Positions 1-9,399 of a stretch of DNA of 64,000 bases are shown here, one piece after another. The position numbers were made by a program, and so were the translations under genes. The first letter of the stretch is position 1, and the number at the start of each line of letters is the position of its first letter. The notes below the pieces were generated by a model. It searched no databases, was not told the DNA's origin, and worked only from the letters and a program-made list of their open reading frames with translations. The DNA is from a virus: positions 1-64,000 of IMG/VR virus record IMGVR_UViG_3300029813_000617. One strand, 5' to 3'.

Positions 1-585
1 AAAGCCATTGTCAGCTTTTGTCTCACTGGATTGGTGTTGAACCTCTAAGATCTTTTGTGTCGCCAGAGTGAATCTTCCCACTATGATACTACGATTTGCC
101 ACTCTAGCAGTATCGAGTGAGCTGGCAAACTCACTAGTTCCTACCAGAAGTGTCGCAGCATCCGTTATGTTTTGCAGTCTCGTCTGATGCAAGCCAACCT
201 GTCGTGCAGGAGCGGAGATAAGACAGCGATATGTTCCCGCATCCAGAGTGATCTGGTTTGAGCCGATGCTACAAATACTACTAGCGTCTGCAAGCTCCTC
301 GTTGATATCCCTCGTCCGCCAGTCCCCAAGAGTGAAGGTGCCCCCATCAGTATTCTGGTTCTTCTTGTCTCTGACGCAGACATAATCACGCACACTATGG
401 TCGTACATGGAATGATCATGATCTGCTAGGCCAGCCAACCCTCCATGGTCCAGTTGCTTGCCGTGCCCAGCTGCACCCGTATGGTCATGCCCCGTTGCAG
501 TATCGAGTACGTCATCTCTCAAGTCGTTGTACTGATCCTTTAGGACTTTGACATCCCCTGCACCAAGCTCACTACTGTTTGGCAT
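1..585 (-). CDS. Tail fibre protein 2 (3'-partial; not in the ORF track)
   Basis: Read manually: SD AGGAGAG, ATG at 585, open to the window edge. MPNSSELGAGDVKVLKDQYNDLRDDVLDTATGHDHTG...GLADDDHSMY matches the N-terminus of the 784-aa fibre at 5738-8092. A C1q/TNF-like beta head follows (NQITLDAGTYRCLISAP). Confidence 0.8.
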   Translation of the reverse strand, partial: MPNSSELGAGDVKVLKDQYNDLRDDVLDTATGHDHTGAAGHGKQLDHGGLAGLADHDHSMYDHSVRDYVCVRDKKNQNTDGGTFTLGDWRTRDINEELADASSICSIGSNQITLDAGTYRCLISAPARQVGLHQTRLQNITDAATLLVGTSEFASSLDTARVANRSIIVGRFTLATQKILEVQHQSSETKADNGF

Positions 586-606
586 CTTTACTCTCCTAAC
601 TGCCCA

Positions 607-2394
607 CTAGTTGCCAAGAACACGTAATCGCCAGATGATATGGCGAGCCTCATTGAGCCCTTTAGGGCTACCTACCGAGAACTCTCCTCTACAATACATA
701 TCCCCATTCTCCAGGAACAGCCTGATGAAGTCAATTCGATCGAGAAGTGAGGCTAGGAGTGATGTATCATAGTCCAGCACGAAATAGTCAATTAGTTGGT
801 TGAGGGCAGGACTTCCCACCTTAGAGTCATATGCAGATATCCTGAATGAGAGCCACTGCCAACCCTTGGCAACATCACCATGGGCTGTATTGAATTGCCA
901 GTAGTTAGCAGCGTCGTTGCCAATCTTAATCCTAAGATTGCCGTCTAGGGAGTCAGTATCATCCACATAGTAGAAGAGCTGGAGCCAGGCTGAGGTAGTA
1001 ATGACAGGGGTGAGGCTGGTCACATAGTCATCTATGCGGTCAGTGCCTGTATGATCGAGAAGGGCCTTACAGTATAAGTAGATATAGCAGTTGTATGAAC
1101 TTAATGCGTAGGCTTCGGTACAGAGTTGCATATCATCCTCATAGAAATAGATATTGCCGCCTGAGATACGAATTCTGAGTTGACCGGTTGCTGCTGACCA
1201 ACCAGCGTTGTGAAGCTCAGTTGGTGCTCCCCCCACCTGCTTGCTGACATAAATCGTGGAGGTGTCCTTTCGCTTACCGATAAAGTAGAGATCATTCTCG
1301 GTATATGGATCCGAGCTAGTGACCTTGGTCAGAGAGATAATGATAGCCCTATTCTCACAGTTAGCTTGGTCAACTGTGATACAAATTTCTGACGTGGTCA
1401 GATCGTGAGCACTCGCTGTTACAACCCCAGCAAAGTCCCCATTTGCGGGACAGGCACACTCTAACCGACCATTCTGCTCGGTTACTTCTCCTGTTGCAAC
1501 CTCGAGCTTAGACCAGTAAGCTCCTATAGTCCCATCTGTGAAGCGGTCTTCATCACCCGTAGGAGCCCTCAAAGTGGTATTCTGGAAACGGGGTGTCTCA
1601 TCACTCCCCTCTGCTTCTAGAGCAGCAGAGCCCTCCCTATAGTCGGTCAACTCAAGTGACCCATCGTTAGCGCCGTAAGACCAACCTGTTTCAGAATCAC
1701 AACCATTGACCATTCTTGCGATCTCGTCGGCGTTGAACAGGCCAATCTCTGTCCAAGTGCCTGATGCTACGCCCTTGGGAAACTTGGCCCCATATCTAAC
1801 CACGACTCCAAGTTCCCTGACTTGCTTCGTACTAATTTGTACCCGAGCCATCTCAGACCCGAGTGCTGTCGCTGCAGCAGGGGAGCCACTTGCTGGGCCT
1901 GCCCCAGCAGCTACGTAGTCTGGGGTGACTGGATCTGTGTAATCATCAGGTGCATCCTGAGCATCAGGCCCCAGCAACCACGTTGAATGCAAGAGTCGGT
2001 AGCAGTTAGTCACCAGGTCACAGGTGCCCGCAACTCGCCTTTCCCCCAGATGCTCCAGCCATTCCTTGAATCTCTCGGTTAACTTAAGTACTTTGGAGGA
2101 CCGTGCTAGGCTACTCCCGAGGTTGAGGAATGACTTGAGTAACCTGAGTAACCTAATTGTGAAACGGATTCTCTTGGCAACATATTCCATTTCGTCTTCG
2201 TTCTCGAAGAAGGCAAACTCTTTCCCGTCGTCGAAGCACACTATTGCTAAGGACTGGAAGCAGTTTCCCCCAGGGCTGTAGAGTGTAACCGTTCCTATCC
2301 GACCAATAAGATGCGAGAATGGCCCATAGAAGCAGGTGCCTCTTTTGATTCTGACCTGATCCCCGACTGTTATCGCATGATCACTGTTCTCCAC
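607..2394 (-). CDS. Tail-collar/fibre-attachment-like protein with inserted carbohydrate-binding-like domains
   Basis: ALGSEMAR...FPKGVASGTWTEIGLFNAD...NGDMYCR matches the 132-aa neighbour, with about 335 aa of beta-rich sequence inserted. The N-terminus looks SH3/KOW-like. Confidence 0.65.
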   Translation of the reverse strand: MENSDHAITVGDQVRIKRGTCFYGPFSHLIGRIGTVTLYSPGGNCFQSLAIVCFDDGKEFAFFENEDEMEYVAKRIRFTIRLLRLLKSFLNLGSSLARSSKVLKLTERFKEWLEHLGERRVAGTCDLVTNCYRLLHSTWLLGPDAQDAPDDYTDPVTPDYVAAGAGPASGSPAAATALGSEMARVQISTKQVRELGVVVRYGAKFPKGVASGTWTEIGLFNADEIARMVNGCDSETGWSYGANDGSLELTDYREGSAALEAEGSDETPRFQNTTLRAPTGDEDRFTDGTIGAYWSKLEVATGEVTEQNGRLECACPANGDFAGVVTASAHDLTTSEICITVDQANCENRAIIISLTKVTSSDPYTENDLYFIGKRKDTSTIYVSKQVGGAPTELHNAGWSAATGQLRIRISGGNIYFYEDDMQLCTEAYALSSYNCYIYLYCKALLDHTGTDRIDDYVTSLTPVITTSAWLQLFYYVDDTDSLDGNLRIKIGNDAANYWQFNTAHGDVAKGWQWLSFRISAYDSKVGSPALNQLIDYFVLDYDTSLLASLLDRIDFIRLFLENGDMYCRGEFSVGSPKGLNEARHIIWRLRVLGN

Positions 2395-2419
2395 TTATCT
2401 CTCCCTGTTCCACCCTGTC

Positions 2420-2818
2420 CTATGCAATCCTCAGTTTACCTACCACGACTTTCACTTGATCTGCGGTCTTGGTAGTAAAGCCACTCGTGTTCTCGTCCCT
2501 CACCAGCATGTCTCCATCCGTGTCTGCATTGAACAGGCCGACTTCCGTCCAGGTGTCATTAGCGACACCCTTGGTGAAGATAGCTGAGAAACGAGCGATA
2601 TCGCCTCCAGTCAGCCATCTGGCAGTAATCGGTTCTCGATGGAGCTCGTTGACTAGAGCAGTGAGTTTAGTGTCCTCGCCCTCTGTGAGAATCCCAGTCC
2701 CGACTGCAATGTGAGAGGGTCTAACAAAGACATGATAGTTAGGATCCTCAGGGTCTAACTCCCCATAGCCTGCCATCCGCTCAGCATGGCGCTGCCGATA
2801 TCGATCTACGATGGTCAC
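2420..2818 (-). CDS. Tail-collar/fibre-attachment-like protein
   Basis: HIAVGTG...TALVNELHR...WTEVGLFNA..GDML motif typical of phage tail-collar-like proteins. Confidence 0.65.
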   Translation of the reverse strand: MTIVDRYRQRHAERMAGYGELDPEDPNYHVFVRPSHIAVGTGILTEGEDTKLTALVNELHREPITARWLTGGDIARFSAIFTKGVANDTWTEVGLFNADTDGDMLVRDENTSGFTTKTADQVKVVVGKLRIA

Positions 2819-3078
2819 TTCTTCAACTCCAGTCGAGTCTCGATAGCCGTCAATCTGTTTGTCATAGCCACCTGGAGCTCCTGGAAGTTATCTGACAAAG
2901 CTCCAATGTGGTTCCCCAACCTGTCAACTTGCTCCTCTATACTCTTCTCACATTTCTGAAGGGCCTTGATGAACTCCTCCCTGGACCTACAGACTGCCTT
3001 GTTTACGTAGACATAGGCTCCAAGGATGGCTAGGAAAAGCGCAACCACGACGGGCACAAAAACAGCGTAGGGAACCAT
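2815..3078 (-). CDS. Putative holin-like membrane protein
   Basis: One N-terminal TM helix followed by a coiled coil; SD AGGAGG; near the endolysin. Confidence 0.5.
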   Translation of the reverse strand: MVPYAVFVPVVVALFLAILGAYVYVNKAVCRSREEFIKALQKCEKSIEEQVDRLGNHIGALSDNFQELQVAMTNRLTAIETRLELKK

Positions 3079-3223
3079 GTAGCCTCCTATGGATATAAGT
3101 TGTTGCTAGATCACCCTATCCCTATTATGTAAACCCTAATCCGTCTATCCCGTCATGTAAACCTAGGTCTATATGCTAGGAAATCCTTATAGGTCCAGGT
3201 TTACACTAGTGACATATCTTGAC

Positions 3224-3252
3224 CTGACAAAGACCGCCTTTAGGTGTACTAT
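3224..3252 (+). promoter_or_regulatory. Sigma70-like promoter for the RHH gene
   Basis: CTGACA-17 nt-TACTAT. Confidence 0.45.
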
Positions 3253-3295
3253 GGAAGAAAGATACCCAAAGTTCTCCCATAGGAGGATACACAAA

Positions 3296-3631
3296 GTGCC
3301 CAAGAGAACCTTCGTCTTTCCGTTTAGGCACAGTCAAGCACTCCGACGAATAGCCAAAGCTGACGAAGAGCAGATGTCCGTTATCCTACGGCAACTCGTT
3401 CGAGAGGAAGCCAAGAAACGCGGCTTCTGGCGAAGGAGTTCGAAGCGGGCCTTAGGAGGCAAGGTGGGAACTCTAGATGAGCGGGTGCTAGTTAGAGTCT
3501 CACTATTCCACAAGCGGGTAGCCCGACAGATGGCTGACGCTGATGGAGAGTCAGTCTCCGCCTTTGTCAGAGGACTTATCCGAGAGGAAGCTTTGAGACG
3601 CAGCCTCTGGCTAGAAGTTGGTCGTCGATAG
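3296..3631 (+). CDS. Tandem ribbon-helix-helix DNA-binding protein
   Basis: Two RHH-like units (..SVILRQLVREEAKKRGFW and ..SAFVRGLIREEALRRSLW). GTG at 3296 follows AGGAGG. It is the only credible plus-strand gene in the structural region. Confidence 0.6.
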   Translation: MPKRTFVFPFRHSQALRRIAKADEEQMSVILRQLVREEAKKRGFWRRSSKRALGGKVGTLDERVLVRVSLFHKRVARQMADADGESVSAFVRGLIREEALRRSLWLEVGRR

Positions 3632-3937
3632 CTAGATGACCGGAGCGATGCGGGTTGGTCGAACAACAAAGCTGCCCTCCTCAGCGGCTTGACCTGTGCC
3701 AGTGCTTTCCCAACGGTAGTACCAGGTCCCTGACTCGTCGATGCTGATGTTCACATGATAGTGGCCTTTTGAATCCCAGACAAGTTCATCATCTGTTTCG
3801 TAGATATATGAGATGGTATTACCACTGGGATCAGTGAACTTGAAAGTGACAGTCGTTGGATCAATATCCTCATCGTCATCATCTGTGAAAACACCTGCAA
3901 TCTCAATCAACTTGCCTATGTCATATACGTTAGGCAT
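3632..3937 (-). CDS. Small Ig-like virion protein
   Basis: DPTTVTFKFTDPSG...GHYHVNI...GTWYYRWESTG pattern. Confidence 0.6.
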   Translation of the reverse strand: MPNVYDIGKLIEIAGVFTDDDDEDIDPTTVTFKFTDPSGNTISYIYETDDELVWDSKGHYHVNISIDESGTWYYRWESTGTGQAAEEGSFVVRPTRIAPVI

Positions 3938-3942
3938 CCTGT

Positions 3943-4041
3943 TTACCCCTCCACCTCTGTCTCGGTGATGATGATAGTAGTCAGTACGGCTTCACTAACT
4001 GAGACAGAGGTTATCACTGTTTCCGAGACTGTAATGGTCAT
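3943..4041 (-). CDS. 32-aa Thr/Val/Ile-rich repeat peptide
   Basis: SD GAGGAAAG; MTITVSETVITSVSVSEAVLTTIIITETEVEG*; fills the gap between its neighbours. Confidence 0.5.
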   Translation of the reverse strand: MTITVSETVITSVSVSEAVLTTIIITETEVEG

Positions 4042-4056
4042 AGTGATCTTTCCTCT

Positions 4057-5643
4057 CTACCAGGAGATGTGTGTCACCTTGTCCCACTGATCAATAGGGC
4101 ACACGACTATGCCACCCATAAACGGCTGCCATCGGACCCCCTTAGTGTCGTCTGTGTCACGGAGGGGTGTCCCCAGACTCTGCTTCCTGGCATATAGTGG
4201 AAAGGCGTGGCCTGGAGTGTAAGGCACGCCGATGGAATTCCAGGCCAGGTTGCGAATCTCCTCGTCAGTAGGAATCTCTGCTGGCGGAGGAGCAGGCATT
4301 CCGCCTGGTCTATACGCGCCCTTTGCCACAACATGATTCACGATGCGCCTGGACATGCTTCTTACAATCGTGAAGGAAGGCCAATTCCAATCGAGCCAGA
4401 CGAAGGGGGTCACGATTTGGACAGCTGGGTCTGCCGAGTATGCGATGCCACGCATTGCCAACTGACGCATATATTCAACTTCGTCCCCACCCAGTTTAAC
4501 CCGCCAGCCATCTGTCTCTGCGCCACCTCCACGATCTATGCCATGCTCTGTGATCCAAATTGGCGGTACGCGAAAGCCAGCGTCTTGTAATGCCTTCACA
4601 CCGCGCTTGTAGTGGCCTATGTGCCACTCGTTTTCAGGAGTAGAGTTAAGCGTGTCCATGCCATATTCATGCTCAACTAACACAGCAGCCTCATGACAAG
4701 CGGGACCAAAGATCTCCCACTTACGAGTGATCGGAGGCATTGGGTTAGCTTTGGGGCCTGAGGGGTGGCTCGTGCCGAAGACTCCCACTCCAGTGTCTAT
4801 ACCGCGCTGACGATTCAGGCGGACCAACTCAACCGTGAACTCGGTGAGCCACTTCATAGGGTCGAGATCGTTGGGATCCTCGGAATTCCCCGTGGAAGGT
4901 TCGTTAGGAGCCTGCCAGAGCCGAATCCAGGGACAAGCATCCTGCCTAGGAGCACACATGGCGACGTACTGTCGTGCCCCCATAGCACCCTGCTGAATGA
5001 GGGCTAGATCAGGGTCACCAGCAAAGACTAGTCGCCCCATGGCATGTACACCCGGGAATGGGTTGTATGTCCCTAGTACATCAGGGTCAATAAGTACCCC
5101 AGCCCAGACTCCCGCTTCGACTATGTGCTGCACAACCCAGTGGCCTGCCTGTCCTGGCCGCAGCAGATCACATCGCTGGATTGAGAAACTCAACTTGCTC
5201 ATCAGAAACCTCCTTAGGTAGTCTTTGGGATCGAGCCAGTCTTTGAATAGCGGGTTAGGCACCCCATCTTCTTGAATGCCCCAATGTAGATGTGGACCTG
5301 TGCAGGAGGGTGTCCCGTCGTCCTTGACTCCCGTAGCACCTGTTTTGCCTATCACCTGGCCGGCTCGAACCGTTTGGCCATAGGCTCCGATTGTCCGTAC
5401 CAAGTGTGCATGGAATGTGAAAAAGCCTTCCCCATAGACTCGAACAGAATTGCCATATTCGCCCCGCCATCTAGGATCTATCCAACCATTATGGGTGGCA
5501 AAGGTCGGAGTCTCGACTGGACAGGGAAAGTCCCAGCCTTCATGGCCAGCGAGACCATAGGGAATATACCACTCTGGGTGCTCCCCGAACTTCTGGCTGA
5601 CGGTCGTGAATCCAGGTGGCAGGGGCCAAGCTCGTATTATCAT
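4057..5643 (-). CDS. Endolysin: M23 peptidase + TIM-barrel glycoside hydrolase-like domain + C-terminal binding domain
   Basis: M23 motifs HEGWD and GPHLHW; GH-A-like NEP and WITEHG motifs. Confidence 0.8.
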   Translation of the reverse strand: MIIRAWPLPPGFTTVSQKFGEHPEWYIPYGLAGHEGWDFPCPVETPTFATHNGWIDPRWRGEYGNSVRVYGEGFFTFHAHLVRTIGAYGQTVRAGQVIGKTGATGVKDDGTPSCTGPHLHWGIQEDGVPNPLFKDWLDPKDYLRRFLMSKLSFSIQRCDLLRPGQAGHWVVQHIVEAGVWAGVLIDPDVLGTYNPFPGVHAMGRLVFAGDPDLALIQQGAMGARQYVAMCAPRQDACPWIRLWQAPNEPSTGNSEDPNDLDPMKWLTEFTVELVRLNRQRGIDTGVGVFGTSHPSGPKANPMPPITRKWEIFGPACHEAAVLVEHEYGMDTLNSTPENEWHIGHYKRGVKALQDAGFRVPPIWITEHGIDRGGGAETDGWRVKLGGDEVEYMRQLAMRGIAYSADPAVQIVTPFVWLDWNWPSFTIVRSMSRRIVNHVVAKGAYRPGGMPAPPPAEIPTDEEIRNLAWNSIGVPYTPGHAFPLYARKQSLGTPLRDTDDTKGVRWQPFMGGIVVCPIDQWDKVTHISW

Positions 5644-5737
5644 TGCTTGAGTCTCCGCAGGTGCTCTGCTGCCGCGTCGCTACTCTCCTGGACATGGGGC
5701 TGCTAGTTTTGTCATCGAGCTCCTTGTTGTCTGATCT

Positions 5738-8092
5738 CTAATGCCAAGTTGTAGACATAGACTGCCCAACCCTCGCAGCACCTATAACAGTTACGAGAAC
5801 TGTAACAGTGTCAAATGCTTGTATCCCAGGGTCGATACTCAGCTTAGCTGTGCCGGTATCCATCGTCCAAGCGCAGTTACCAGTGAGGTCTTTACCCATA
5901 AAACTCGTGAAATCCACAATAGGATTAGCTGCGGCATGACCTCGTAGTGAGTAAGCGATGATTCCGCCACCAAGAACAGCCGTGCCGGAGTCTTGAACTG
6001 CTATCTCGAGTTTGACAAGACAACCTGCCCAGCTCGCCGGAAAACCTATGGTTACCACATCAACTGCGGCAGCACCTTCAAGCTGATAGAGAGCGTGTTG
6101 CTCTGCAACCCCCTGGACAACGCCTGACCTGGTAATCATCTTCTTAGCAGTAGGAAGGTCAAGCTCGCCTTCCACTCCCAGGTCGCCCGCAATCGTGTGC
6201 GTCGGAAACTTGGCGTTGGCGTTCATCAGAAGGGGCTTACTTGCTGTGGGAGCTGCTGTAGGTTCAACGTGATGCAAGGCAACGCCTAACCCTGCTGGGT
6301 GTTTGTGCACATGGTCGCGGTGAGAAAACGGCAAAGCTGTTCCTGGTGAAGCTGCGCCGGCAATGTCTGCTGGGTTGGTAGCATCAAGAGCCGTCTTCCA
6401 TGAAGGCCTAGTCTCTGTGTCGTCAATACCCAAGACGTTTCTTACGTTGACTGCAGGAACAGCTCTGGCTAACCTTGACCACTTTGGTGTTGCATTTCCT
6501 ATAATTACATCGCCATCTATAACTGTATCCGCTAAAGTGTCTTGGTGATCTGCGCCTAGAAGATCGTGTCCACGATTGGCCAAGTCTTGATAGTTAGCAG
6601 GGGTTGCAACCAGAAAGGTGGTTTCGAAGGCGGATGCCGCCTCGGTTATTTCCGGTGCATCTTTGAACGCAATGATTCGTGCAACTAGCACTGAGAACCT
6701 ACTACAGATGTCCGGCACAGCGGGAAGTTCTGCTGCCTCTGCCTCATGTAGTTTGTAGCTGGCTCGTCCATACACGACATGCAGATGACTGTCATTGTCG
6801 AGATATACCCAATATACACCGTAACGGTTATTGGCAAGTGCAGCCAAACCTGTGCCTGTATCGTAGTTGGCAGAATCAATGTCGGTTTGATCTGCTGGAT
6901 GGCCAGTACTAGTCCAATTGCCTCCACCATCGTGATACCAAGCTCGAAATCTACCCGCACCCGACGTGTCCACTTCAGATGTTGTGTATCTATTAAACCC
7001 TGCGTAGAGAACGCCAGCAGTCACTTTTATTTTCAGTGTACCTTCATTAGAAATAATTGCGTCAGATGCTCTCTCAAAAGATCTCAATTCTCTGGCTCGC
7101 CCATGCGCCCTTCTTGCTAGATTGTAGATTCGCGTACCACCGGACAAAATATGAACCACCGTACCTTCACGAAAGACAGAACCAATTGTAAACTTGGTCG
7201 TGTGGTCTACAGTAGCATCAGGATCATCAGTGGCTCTGACTGTGGGCGTACCAGCGTTGTAATCAACATATATTGTGTTCCTTTTAGCATCAACCAGCAG
7301 GATGTTATTAGTTGTCGGCCAATCCATGAAGGCTGTAACACCATCAAACTCATCATCAGTCTTTTTGATCATTCCTTTGCCAGCAGCAACATTCACACGA
7401 CCATCAGTGATGTTACCGTCATCTGTTCCATCTGGAACATTGGCAACTGTTATAGTAGTTTCACCTGCTGCATATGTTGCATTACCAATGGTTGTATAGT
7501 CGCCGTCGTTGCCGGTAGACCCAGAGACAGTGAATACAACCCCGTCAGCGAAATACGCCATCATGTCACCAGCGACTTTAAATGTCTCTGCCACCTCGTC
7601 GGCATCTGTGATTGCATATGATGTTGCTGTGATTGCGCCGTCAGCGATTGCCCCAGCAGATTGCATGGTATTGATCCAATCCTGCACATCTTTGTATGCA
7701 GGCGCACCAACCTGCTCAACTACAACATCAACGGCGTGGTTTTGTATTCGTTCCCATCCAGCACCGTCATAGATATAGAGCAGATCTTCATCAGTGCGGT
7801 AGAAAATGCTGCCATCCACAGGTGCACCTGGAAACTCTGTGCCACTTGGCACACGCATGGTTCCTGTGAATGTCCATGCACCTGAGATGGTCTCTGCCTG
7901 AGCATGCCCGGGATATTGGGGATGATCGTCATCTCCTAAACCAGTAGTAGCTCCGTGATGAACTCTTTTCCCATGCTCAGCTACACCCGAGTGATCGTGT
8001 CCTGAAGCCGTATCCAGAACATCATCTCTCAAGGCATTGTACTGTGCAGAGAGCAGATCATCGCCTGGGTTTATTGCAGACGAGTTTGGCAT
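5738..8092 (-). CDS. Tail fibre protein 1
   Basis: QYNALRDD..GHDH N-terminus, GLGDDDHPQY, FYRTD..LYIYDG..W and DHVH motifs. Confidence 0.8.
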   Translation of the reverse strand: MPNSSAINPGDDLLSAQYNALRDDVLDTASGHDHSGVAEHGKRVHHGATTGLGDDDHPQYPGHAQAETISGAWTFTGTMRVPSGTEFPGAPVDGSIFYRTDEDLLYIYDGAGWERIQNHAVDVVVEQVGAPAYKDVQDWINTMQSAGAIADGAITATSYAITDADEVAETFKVAGDMMAYFADGVVFTVSGSTGNDGDYTTIGNATYAAGETTITVANVPDGTDDGNITDGRVNVAAGKGMIKKTDDEFDGVTAFMDWPTTNNILLVDAKRNTIYVDYNAGTPTVRATDDPDATVDHTTKFTIGSVFREGTVVHILSGGTRIYNLARRAHGRARELRSFERASDAIISNEGTLKIKVTAGVLYAGFNRYTTSEVDTSGAGRFRAWYHDGGGNWTSTGHPADQTDIDSANYDTGTGLAALANNRYGVYWVYLDNDSHLHVVYGRASYKLHEAEAAELPAVPDICSRFSVLVARIIAFKDAPEITEAASAFETTFLVATPANYQDLANRGHDLLGADHQDTLADTVIDGDVIIGNATPKWSRLARAVPAVNVRNVLGIDDTETRPSWKTALDATNPADIAGAASPGTALPFSHRDHVHKHPAGLGVALHHVEPTAAPTASKPLLMNANAKFPTHTIAGDLGVEGELDLPTAKKMITRSGVVQGVAEQHALYQLEGAAAVDVVTIGFPASWAGCLVKLEIAVQDSGTAVLGGGIIAYSLRGHAAANPIVDFTSFMGKDLTGNCAWTMDTGTAKLSIDPGIQAFDTVTVLVTVIGAARVGQSMSTTWH

Positions 8093-8931
8093 TAGATTAC
8101 CTCGTAACTTGGAAGGAACCCTGAGAGAAAGGGTTGCGGAAAGGCAAGTAGCTCCTCAGCGCGTGCCTTCTTACGATCCAAGTATACAGTTGCTCCCTCA
8201 TAAAGTAGAAGGGCCACTCTTTGAGGCAGAGAGATACCTGAATACCTTACTGCGAAAATGCTGTCATGGCGGGTTGGTCGGGCTCTCGTCTTTATGTGGC
8301 TAGAGATGAAGTCACTGAAAGCCCAAACCATGCTCTCAGTTCCGACCAAGTTTATCTTAAAGCCTCTGATCTTCCCATTCCGTCTGAAGTAACTGATAGA
8401 CCCATCGCCATCGACCATGCCCCGCCAGTAGTGGGCTAGCAGAGACTCTGAGATAGCACTACAAGGTTCCAGAGTCAGAGATTTCCTCTGTGTAACACCG
8501 AGTCGCTTAAGGCTATCTACCAGTCTCGTGGATCCAATATGCACTCGTGCTTTCTGATAACCACCTTCCCAGTAGACCTTGACAGGATGTCCGGACTCTA
8601 GTGCATCAACGAATTTTCGCAAGTGCCTCTCGTCCTTACCAGATAAAGCCAGCTCCACGAAGTTTTTGCCAATCGTCCCATCTGCTGATAGGAATCCCAG
8701 CCAATACGCCTTAGCTTCAGAATCTATACAGTCGAAGAACTCCTCATTCACAGCATATTTCCTAGAGACCTCCGACCGCGATCTGCGAGGCACACCAGCT
8801 TGCTTGAGAGCAAAGTAACAAGCATTAGGAGAGTATCCAAAAGTGTCCGCTGCCACCTTTGCTGTAGCGCCATTTCTGTAAATCGCAACCATTGTTTCCC
8901 GATGCGTTTGAGGAATTGTCTTATTTGGCAT
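8092..8931 (-). CDS. Free-standing two-motif LAGLIDADG endonuclease with N-terminal HTH
   Basis: AYWLGFLSADG and HYWRGMVDGDGSI motifs; C-terminal YLDRK. Confidence 0.85.
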   Translation of the reverse strand: MPNKTIPQTHRETMVAIYRNGATAKVAADTFGYSPNACYFALKQAGVPRRSRSEVSRKYAVNEEFFDCIDSEAKAYWLGFLSADGTIGKNFVELALSGKDERHLRKFVDALESGHPVKVYWEGGYQKARVHIGSTRLVDSLKRLGVTQRKSLTLEPCSAISESLLAHYWRGMVDGDGSISYFRRNGKIRGFKINLVGTESMVWAFSDFISSHIKTRARPTRHDSIFAVRYSGISLPQRVALLLYEGATVYLDRKKARAEELLAFPQPFLSGFLPSYEVI

Positions 8932-8936
8932 CTCTG

Positions 8937-9146
8937 CTACTCCAGGATCGGGCGGTCCCAGACTGTAACGCCATCAGACCATTTCGCAATCCCATCATCC
9001 CAGTGAGATGTAGCCACTGGTCCACTCAATATCACATCATCATATTCGCCCACGAACGTGGTGAGAATGCGATGTGGACTCTTGGGGGTTCGCCTGTCGA
9101 GCATCTTGTAGATTCTACCCAGGATAGCTGGAAGTCTTTCCATCAT
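8937..9146 (-). CDS. Small tail-tip protein, paralogue B
   Basis: RL..ILGRI...PKSPHRILTTF.G.YDDV.L..P shared with 9143-9394. Confidence 0.6.
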   Translation of the reverse strand: MMERLPAILGRIYKMLDRRTPKSPHRILTTFVGEYDDVILSGPVATSHWDDGIAKWSDGVTVWDRPILE

Positions 9147-9394
9147 TCATCATATTGTGCCTCATCCCAGAGGACATTGCCATTTTCTTCATCCCATGCA
9201 CCCTCATTGTCCGCCCAATACGGGGGAAACGGCGGTGATCGAACTTCCATGACCCCTGGGGAGTTGGGCTGATCTAGTGTTACATCATCATAGGAACCCG
9301 TAAAGGTTGTTAGTAATCGATGGGCACTCTTGGGAGGGAGCACCCGCTGGGCCTTTTGGAAGATCCGACCAATAAGTGTGTCTAGTCTTTGCAT
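9143..9394 (-). CDS. Small tail-tip protein, paralogue A
   Basis: Paralogue of 8937-9146; Trp/Asp-rich C-terminus; ATGA coupling. Confidence 0.6.
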   Translation of the reverse strand: MQRLDTLIGRIFQKAQRVLPPKSAHRLLTTFTGSYDDVTLDQPNSPGVMEVRSPPFPPYWADNEGAWDEENGNVLWDEAQYDE

Positions 9395-9399
9395 GATAC

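Noticed and set aside
165-419. 84-aa ORF from the track
   Set aside because: Out-of-frame shadow of the fibre gene at 1-585, which has an SD and a clear paralogue.
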